From Tubiluchus corallicola (lineage: Eukaryota > Animalia > Priapulida), in contig JAQGDQ010001232.1 of the NCBI GenBank assembly GCA_030141605.1, positions 1 through 53,500 of the forward strand: a DNA stretch of 53,500 bases, written 5' to 3'. Of this stretch, positions 53,079 to 53,500 are shown piece by piece. The notes below the pieces were generated by a model. It had not been told where the DNA came from and did not search any database. It was given only the letters and a program-made list of their open reading frames with translations. Numbering within the stretch: position 1 is the first letter of the stretch; every line of letters starts with the position of its first letter. Made by a program: the position numbers and the translations under genes.

Positions 53079-53500
53079 AGGAAGAGCTGACGATTGTGTG
53101 GACAAAATAAAGTACGTTCTAAAATATTGAAAACTACAACAGCGTTTTTTAAATCAAAGCTTAGATTAAATGATAATTACATCGGATAGTTAAATTTAGT
53201 TAAACTTTCAGAACCACGCGCGGCTCAGCGAATCCACTAAGACTGGCACTGGCGCCGTTTTTGTCAAACTCGAGTGGCGGACAAATAGGCACAGTACCGT
53301 CATAAGCATGATCGTGAACTGCAGTGTTTGTCTGTGACGTCAATGTGATGTAGAATTCGTTTTCGTAACATCACATCGGCGTCGTATATCAATCTTTGCT
53401 CACACAAACGTGCTTGACACACAGAGAAAATGCCTGCCATTGCACAAATTGTGGTTAGTTTGTGACCTAAGCAATAGCTGTGTTCGGTCGCCGTTAATTA
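53079..53500. mobile_element. TTAA-type MITE family K5, runs off window end
   Basis: TTAA|AGGAAGAGCTG start; inverted homolog at 28755-29110. Confidence 0.7.

Overview
AT-rich, repeat-dense DNA from an invertebrate animal genome (spliceosomal introns, MITEs, SINEs, LINE/Penelope relics, satellites); the species cannot be determined from the sequence. One host gene is supported: a + strand prohormone-4 / IDLSRF-like neuropeptide precursor. Two phase-compatible coding exons (11798-11979 and 43659-43787) are separated by a ~31.7 kb intron. They splice to xALNRTTLSVIFLFGIVFLSSSAHA-LNIYKLYGHGLT-KR-SSTIDELLRMYGHSGE-GKR-AKAACPPIKPFTCPGYSDICLPLQYICDGSPDCPDGYDEDVKVCTA, i.e. signal peptide, two YGH-containing peptides and one LDLa module. 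The ATG exon and the C-terminal exon(s) were not found. Most of the rest is repeats: several TTAA-flanked Kolobok-like MITE families, hAT-, piggyBac- and Harbinger-like MITEs with visible TSDs, a solo LTR, RTE-X-like and other LINE relics, MetaSINE-like and tRNA/5S SINEs, and many mini- and microsatellites. Five minimal hammerhead-ribozyme motifs occur in Penelope-like remnants, including a U3-A8 core variant in an inverted repeat just upstream of the LDLa exon. Most ORFs in the supplied track are repeat artefacts. All alignments were made by eye.
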